Shown here one piece after another: positions 58,271 to 64,000 of a stretch of DNA of 64,000 nt. Below the pieces are notes generated by a model. It was not told where the DNA came from, made no database searches, and saw only the letters and a program-made list of their open reading frames with translations. The position numbers were made by a program, and so were the translations under genes. Location of the stretch: NCBI GenBank assembly GCA_964408085.1, contig CAYOYB010000004.1, positions 81,231 to 145,230 of the forward strand, read 5' to 3'. Numbering within the stretch: the first letter of the stretch is position 1; each line of letters opens with the position of its first letter. Source of the stretch: an uncultured Muribaculaceae bacterium. Its GTDB lineage: Bacteria > Bacillota_I > Bacilli_A > RF39 > UBA660.

Positions 58271-58810
58271 TTAATCCATATCACTCCACACATCACTGTT
58301 AATAAATTGTGTAAGTGCCATTATAAAAGCATCACGAGTTAAATCAATTCTTGTTATTTCATTTTTAGTTAAAAAACTAACTCCACCTTTGCCACTTCTT
58401 AAATCGTGCTGTTTAAATATTTCGTCCATTACTTTACCTAAATCAGTTGTTATAATATCATTAACATACTTTTCAGGAACTGGATAACCAGCACTTGTAC
58501 CAAAGCTTTCAAAACCATTTTTATCCTTAATGATAGCGACATTTATAATAACCCATTTACCTAATAAATTTGTAATACCTGATTCAATTCCTAAAAAATA
58601 ATCTACATCAATATTATTTTCTAAAGCATATTTTATTAAATTATCAACCCTATTTTTTGCCCCATTATAAATTTCATCATTTAATGGTTGATCACTAACA
58701 TCAGAAGAGACATCTACACCTTCTATTTCGATATTATCATAGTATCTTTCTAAAGCTTGTTTTGCTCCTTCTATTTTAGCAAAATTTTTTGTTCCAATTA
58801 ATACTTTCAT
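58271..58810 (-). CDS. DUF84/YjjX-like non-canonical purine NTP phosphatase
   Basis: MKVLIGTKNFAKIEGAKQAL... and its ~180 aa size fit the family. Confidence 0.6.
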   Translation of the reverse strand: MKVLIGTKNFAKIEGAKQALERYYDNIEIEGVDVSSDVSDQPLNDEIYNGAKNRVDNLIKYALENNIDVDYFLGIESGITNLLGKWVIINVAIIKDKNGFESFGTSAGYPVPEKYVNDIITTDLGKVMDEIFKQHDLRSGKGGVSFLTKNEITRIDLTRDAFIMALTQFINSDVWSDMD

Positions 58811-58820
58811 AGATACACCT

Positions 58821-60212
58821 CTAATTAATAATATCTTTTAATAATACTGCCATTGTTTGTAATTTGTTGAAGCATTCTTTAGCTTTTTTTATTTCTAATT
58901 TATTTAAAGTTACATAACCTCTAGAAGTTCCATCACTTGGTAAATCAACAAGTAATGCATAATCATCTATCCCTATCCAACCATTTTTTATTATATCCAA
59001 AAGTTTAGGATTACTTTCTTTTAATTTTTCTAAATCAACATATTTACTAATTATTTTATTACTGGATAAATATCTTTTTATATAAGGGTTTTCTTTAAAT
59101 AAACTAGCATTTTCCCTATTAAATATAAAAATTCTTTCTATCTTAACACCACGATCAGCAGCATCAAAATTACTTTGAATAAATTTTCGCTCAGCTGGAT
59201 CTTCATTCCATTCATTTTCCATCATTGTTGAAATAATCCACATTTTTGATCCTTTTTTCGTTTCTGAAAAATATTTATCTAATATTTTATAAAATTTTCC
59301 AGAATCTAATTCTTCAGTTCTAGATTGTGAATCCATTGATAGATATCCACCATCAGACACTAAAGAACTACCATTAGTATATTTATGTCTTGTTAACATT
59401 AAATATATATCATCAGCAATTTCAAATGGTGAACCTAATCGTTTCATAGGTATTTGCTCGGATGCCTTATTAAAAGTATCATCGCTTTCCATAACTCCAC
59501 CAATCCATCCAGCCATAACCGAATTTATTCTTACACCATACATTTCTGTAAAAATATTCGCAAACGTTTGAACTAAATTTACTTTAGCTGCTTGAGCAGA
59601 TGCATATGCTGACGCACCAAATGAACCACGATATGCCTCAATACTATTAACCATTACAATACTTGATTCATAATTCATCTTTTTAACAAGTTCTCTAACT
59701 AATAAATTAGCTGCGAATACATTTACACGATAACTATCCTCAAATTTATCATAATCAAAATCAAACATATCTTCTAAATTAAAATATATTTCCATAAACA
59801 CAAAGCCATATATATCGCTATTTATTTCTTGAGTTGTACGCAATAAATTTTCTCTATCAAAATAATCTACTTCTTTTAAAATAATATTATCATTAATCAA
59901 AACATCAGCAATTTTACTACCTTTTTGATATAACCCAATAATTTGATAGCCACCTGTTAAAAGCAATTTGGATAATTCTTTTCCAATATCTGAATTAATA
60001 CCAGCAATAACAACAACTTTTTGATCATTTTCTAATTTAGCATAAGAATTTCTTTTATCTATTGGTTTATGAGATTCTTTAGGAATAGACCAATATCTTC
60101 CATTCTTTAATGCACCAGGTATCCTATTCTCATTTAATAATTTGATAATTCTTCTTTCACTAATATCCCACAATTCTGAAGCTTGTTTAACTGATAAATA
60201 TTCCATTTCCAA
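58821..60212 (-). CDS. three-domain protein: N-terminal HTH, SDR-like domain with an altered catalytic motif, and an unknown C-terminal domain
   Basis: HTH: LSVKQASELWDISERRIIKLL. Rossmann motif: VVVIAGINSDIGKE. YASAQ stands where SDRs have YxxxK. The C-terminal ~170 aa is unrecognised. Confidence 0.55.
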   Translation of the reverse strand: MEMEYLSVKQASELWDISERRIIKLLNENRIPGALKNGRYWSIPKESHKPIDKRNSYAKLENDQKVVVIAGINSDIGKELSKLLLTGGYQIIGLYQKGSKIADVLINDNIILKEVDYFDRENLLRTTQEINSDIYGFVFMEIYFNLEDMFDFDYDKFEDSYRVNVFAANLLVRELVKKMNYESSIVMVNSIEAYRGSFGASAYASAQAAKVNLVQTFANIFTEMYGVRINSVMAGWIGGVMESDDTFNKASEQIPMKRLGSPFEIADDIYLMLTRHKYTNGSSLVSDGGYLSMDSQSRTEELDSGKFYKILDKYFSETKKGSKMWIISTMMENEWNEDPAERKFIQSNFDAADRGVKIERIFIFNRENASLFKENPYIKRYLSSNKIISKYVDLEKLKESNPKLLDIIKNGWIGIDDYALLVDLPSDGTSRGYVTLNKLEIKKAKECFNKLQTMAVLLKDIIN

Positions 60213-60389
60213 TCACCATTGTTATTTTATACTGAATTAAGAACAATGTCAATTTAAATTGAATAATTATTTAATTTTAGTACAAAAACATAAAATAAAT
60301 ATATTTTTTTATTACTATTATTGCATCATTTATAATAAAATGATATAATCGTAAACATGTATGAAAAAATTTATAGAAAAGGTGAAGTT

Positions 60390-61055
60390 ATGAAACATCT
60401 AGATAATATACCTTTTAATACAGAAATTCTATATGAAGAGGGTTATAATTATAATGGTTTTAAGCAAAGATTATACTTTCAAAAAACATTTATGAAAGCA
60501 AATAATAAAAATCAATATTTCATTAAATCTTATATAATTAACAATAACTCTCTAATTTGTCAGGGATATATTTATTTCTATTTAGACGACAATGCAAGAA
60601 CAAGCAATTTTATTGGCATTTATGTTAAGCCAGAATACAGAAATTCTGGACTTGCTTCATTTTTAATTGCCCATTGGATTCAATTCTGTTTAAATAATGG
60701 TTATAATTTCTTAGGGACTAATAAAAATCAAAGAAAGCCATTTCTATTATATTTATTAAAAACTTATGGTTTTGAAATACTAGATAAAAGTTACTATACA
60801 ACTTCAAGAAATATAATTAATATTTGTAAAAAAGATAATGACAATACTAAATACTTATTGTTTAAAAACCCATTTCAAGCTAAATCTTTTTTAAATAGTC
60901 CAATTGCAAAAGAAGATAACTATCAAGTTATTACAGATTTAATTGAAAAAGTATATTGTTTAGATAAAGTAATTTTATCAACTCCATATAATATGAATGA
61001 TATGTCTAAAGCAGAACAAAAATGCGCTGTAGCAATTAAAAAATATCGTAACTAA
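60390..61055 (+). CDS. GNAT-like acetyltransferase
   Basis: IGIYVKPEYRNSGLASFLI (motif A). Start at 60390, after AAGGTGA. Confidence 0.55.
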   Translation: MKHLDNIPFNTEILYEEGYNYNGFKQRLYFQKTFMKANNKNQYFIKSYIINNNSLICQGYIYFYLDDNARTSNFIGIYVKPEYRNSGLASFLIAHWIQFCLNNGYNFLGTNKNQRKPFLLYLLKTYGFEILDKSYYTTSRNIINICKKDNDNTKYLLFKNPFQAKSFLNSPIAKEDNYQVITDLIEKVYCLDKVILSTPYNMNDMSKAEQKCAVAIKKYRN

Positions 61056-61056
61056 T

Positions 61057-61092
61057 AAACAAATTTAATATTCTAAATTTGTTTATTTTTTT
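61057..61092 (+). terminator. rho-independent terminator
   Basis: 10-bp stem AAACAAATTT/AAATTTGTTT plus a T-run. Confidence 0.65.
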
Positions 61093-61117
61093 AAGCAAAA
61101 AAACACTTATAAAGTGT

Positions 61118-61804
61118 TTAATAATTTTCAATATCTTTAATACCAAATTCAGGTATAATTACATCTTCTTCACAATTAATTATAAATTCTACTGCTTTAG
61201 CTACTTTTTCTACCTCTAATCCAGTTGATGTATCATAATCATTTCCAGCTTTTTTAAAAAGATTGGTTTGCATAAATCCAGGATAGAATCCTGTCACCTT
61301 AATTCCTTTTTTACTAATGGCTTTTTGAATTGAGCGATTAAAACCTCTCATTGCCCATTTAGAAGCATTATAAACTACCGAGAAATCATCATTATCAAAA
61401 CTTGATTGTGAACAAATATTTATAATTAATCCTTTACCTTGTTCATACATATTAGGTAATATTGCTTTTGTCATATAAATTGGTCCTTTTGTATTAACAT
61501 CAATACAATTGCTAATTTGTTCGTAAGTATTTTCTGTTAAATCTCCTGCTAACCAAACCCCTGCATTATTAATTAGAACATCAATATTCCCATGATTTTC
61601 AATAATTGTATTTATAGTTTTTTCAACTTCATTAAATTTAGTAATATCACATGCATAACATTCAGCACTAGGTATTTCACTTGATATTTTTACAGCACTA
61701 TCCAAATTTTTAGAAATAATTATAACATTATGGTCTTTACTTAATAATCCAGCAATAGCCTTGCCCAAGCCATCATTTCCACCTGTTATTATTATATTTT
61801 TCAT
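61118..61804 (-). CDS. SDR-family oxidoreductase
   Basis: TGGNDGLGKA and YNASK. Confidence 0.85.
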   Translation of the reverse strand: MKNIIITGGNDGLGKAIAGLLSKDHNVIIISKNLDSAVKISSEIPSAECYACDITKFNEVEKTINTIIENHGNIDVLINNAGVWLAGDLTENTYEQISNCIDVNTKGPIYMTKAILPNMYEQGKGLIINICSQSSFDNDDFSVVYNASKWAMRGFNRSIQKAISKKGIKVTGFYPGFMQTNLFKKAGNDYDTSTGLEVEKVAKAVEFIINCEEDVIIPEFGIKDIENY

Positions 61805-62469
61805 TACTCTTCCTCCTTAATTTTCTTTACATCTAAATGCCATTTAAATATTCCATAAATATTTATTAGTAAGTAACCAATCGATACTAATAACATCATT
61901 ATTGAACCTTCACCATCTTTGCAAACAATTACAATCCAAATTATTAAATCTATTATATTATTCACTAACCAAATCCACCAAGCTTCTTTAAATCTAAGAA
62001 TCATTAGTATAACACCACATAAATTAATGCAATTGGAACTGGCATCCATAAATGCTAATTGTTGATTAGGAATAAGACTTAATAAATATCCTAACATAAA
62101 ACTACCTAATATACATGAAAAAGTTATTATAATAGAGTTTTTTAAAGTAAATTCACGTACTTTTACATTTTTATCTTCATCTAAATTTTTATCCCAAGTA
62201 ACAAAACCTTTAAGCTGTAATGGAGAAAATATACATATATAAAAGAAAAAGATTCCAAATAAATTATTTTTAAAAGATACATATCCCATCAATAAATAAT
62301 TTATTAAGCCTAAAATATAATTAATTCTTTTTCCCTCACTTGCAAAATAAGAACATAAAAGTCCTGTAGCAAGTATTATTCCACCAATTAATAAATCGCC
62401 AGTAATAATTCCTGATATTATGGAAATTAAAACACAAATACAAGTAATTATTATATACTTTTTATTCAT
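61804..62469 (-). CDS. pnuC: nicotinamide riboside transporter PnuC
   Basis: 7 TM segments. The WWIWLVNNIIDLIIW motif is typical of PnuC. Confidence 0.75.
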   Translation of the reverse strand: MNKKYIIITCICVLISIISGIITGDLLIGGIILATGLLCSYFASEGKRINYILGLINYLLMGYVSFKNNLFGIFFFYICIFSPLQLKGFVTWDKNLDEDKNVKVREFTLKNSIIITFSCILGSFMLGYLLSLIPNQQLAFMDASSNCINLCGVILMILRFKEAWWIWLVNNIIDLIIWIVIVCKDGEGSIMMLLVSIGYLLINIYGIFKWHLDVKKIKEEE

Positions 62470-62473
62470 ATAA

Positions 62474-63580
62474 TCACTTTTCTTTCTTAACTTTTACTTG
62501 ATATAAAATTTTAGATTTTGAATATTCTTCCTCATCTCTAATCATAGATGTCTCCAAGGCTTCAACTTCGCCAATAATCCCAAAATACTTATTAACATCA
62601 GCTTGATCAAAGAATCGTTTTGTATAGTCTCCCTCAAAATAAAAATTTTTTTCTAGTTGTTCACCCACACCAGCACCAAAATTAAAATCATTTACAGAAG
62701 CGACTCTAGCTAATAAGATACCATCATTTTTTAAGATTCTTTTAATTTCATTCATAATATGTATCGTTGTTTCATTGTCAAAATAATGAAGCGACAAGTC
62801 TGCAATTATTAAAGAATAACTTTCATCAGCAAAAGGAAAGGGCTCTATCATATCTAAATATTGTGTTTTACTATTTGAAATATTTTTTTGAATGTTTTCT
62901 AATGCCTCAATTGAAAAATCACAAGATAATACTTTAAAATCTCTTTCAAGTAAATATAAAGTATCAGCTCCAATTCCACACCCTAAATCTAGTATTTCAT
63001 AATTCTTATTTTTACTTAATATATCTTTATAATCATCTAACCAATTATCATAAGCTGGTAAGCCTATTCTTTTTTTTGACCAATTATCCCACATTTTTAC
63101 ATAGCCAATATCACTATCAATTATTTCGCTTTTAATAATTTTATGATTATTATCAACAATTAATTTAATTTTAAAATTACCATATTGAAAATATTTTTTA
63201 TATTCAGATTTTAAGATATCAATGCTAGGTAACTTTTTAGCTTGAGCTAACAAATTATTAATTTCTATCCACATTGATTCATTTTTAATAAAACAAGAAG
63301 GAGAGCCATTAAAATTATTACATAAGAAAACATCTAAATCAAAAATCACTTCTGGATACTCAATAATTAAATTACCCATATATCTTTGATTAATGATTTT
63401 AATTCCAGTTTCCTCTAAACATTCTCTAATAGAAGTGTCATAATTTTTTTCGCAATTTTCAAGCATTCCACCTGGAATATCATAAAATCCATTATTTTTT
63501 TCAGTTAAATATTTAATAGCTAGTACTTTATCATTTTTAATTATAAAAGTTCTTACAGCTTTTCTTATAGGTTTATTCAT
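62474..63580 (-). CDS. NUDIX hydrolase fused to a class I SAM-dependent methyltransferase
   Basis: N-terminal Nudix box GGMLEN...IRECLEETG. C-terminal ILDLGCGIGAD (SAM motif I). Start at 63580 (MNKPIRK). Confidence 0.7.
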   Translation of the reverse strand: MNKPIRKAVRTFIIKNDKVLAIKYLTEKNNGFYDIPGGMLENCEKNYDTSIRECLEETGIKIINQRYMGNLIIEYPEVIFDLDVFLCNNFNGSPSCFIKNESMWIEINNLLAQAKKLPSIDILKSEYKKYFQYGNFKIKLIVDNNHKIIKSEIIDSDIGYVKMWDNWSKKRIGLPAYDNWLDDYKDILSKNKNYEILDLGCGIGADTLYLLERDFKVLSCDFSIEALENIQKNISNSKTQYLDMIEPFPFADESYSLIIADLSLHYFDNETTIHIMNEIKRILKNDGILLARVASVNDFNFGAGVGEQLEKNFYFEGDYTKRFFDQADVNKYFGIIGEVEALETSMIRDEEEYSKSKILYQVKVKKEK

Positions 63581-63758
63581 ACTTATCACCCAATATAATT
63601 TTAACATATTTTATTCATTAATTAATAGTCATTTTAAGGTTATTATATTTTCAATATCTATAAATAAAATAGAAATATCAAAATCAACCTAATATAAAAC
63701 TTAAAAATGAATTTTAGAGATATTACCTATTTTAATGTTTCCAACATATTTAATATTT

Positions 63759-64000
63759 CTAATGTATTTTTAATTTTATTCTTGCATCTTTATTATTCGC
63801 GTTTAATGTTTCTAGAACATTTAAATCTTTTGTTGAAAGAAAATTATTAATTGAAATATCATTATTTATATTTATCAATGGCAAAATACCTGTACCATTA
63901 ATAATATTCATATTTCCTGTTATAAATGGGCAGAACATTATATTATCTACATTGTTAAAAAAGGATTGGTAAACAGTACTATTTTTAATTTGCTGAATTA
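63759..64000 (-). CDS. C-terminal end of a hypothetical protein (5' part outside the window)
   Basis: My own translation: ...FCPFITGNMNIINGTGILPLININNDISINNFLSTKDLNVLETLNANNKDARIKLKIH*. Leu/Asn-rich and repeat-like. Confidence 0.35.
   Translation of the reverse strand, partial: IQQIKNSTVYQSFFNNVDNIMFCPFITGNMNIINGTGILPLININNDISINNFLSTKDLNVLETLNANNKDARIKLKIH

Overview
This is a very AT-rich chromosomal segment of low-GC Firmicute type. It uses the standard code (TGA is a stop, and a tRNA-Trp with anticodon CCA is present) and has strong AGGAGG-type ribosome-binding sites (RBS). There are roughly 70 genes, mostly on the minus strand.

Backbone: phosphohexomutase; a Bacillus-subtilis-like block ecfA1-ecfA2-ecfT-truA-rplM-rpsI ... 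cwlD; htrA-like protease; phosphoketolase; RNB ribonuclease; AI-2E transporter; pnuC; and several SDR, GNAT and Nudix genes. The cwlD and SleB-domain genes suggest a spore-former.

Main accessory feature: a ~15.4 kb element (about 13117-28531) with a large serine recombinase is inserted in-frame in an Amidase_3 + 5xLysM cell-wall hydrolase gene. Both junctions share CACCTC. Joining the host flanks rebuilds an intact ORF, and joining the element ends gives a 48-bp near-palindromic attP-like site.

The element's cargo is one tightly packed 8-gene minus-strand operon: PLD-nuclease/SF2-helicase fusion, 62-aa ORF, a second DndD-like SMC-type ATPase, a 167-aa protein, then dndC-dndD-dndE-dndA (DNA phosphorothioation). 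I recognised no dndB and no DndFGH-like genes. The four genes upstream of dndC are my best candidate for an uncharacterised phosphorothioate-linked restriction module. The element also carries a Fic protein with a degenerate motif, a DUF4238-like protein and small RHH-like genes.

Other accessory items:
- A solitary Abi_2 gene sits between cwlD and htrA.
- A decayed element with a resolvase pseudogene lies next to tRNA-Trp.
- An orphan gene family is driven by three consensus promoters.
- There are several unusual domain fusions.

I saw no CRISPR array, rRNA or phage structural genes. All domain calls rest on motifs read by eye; no database search was possible.
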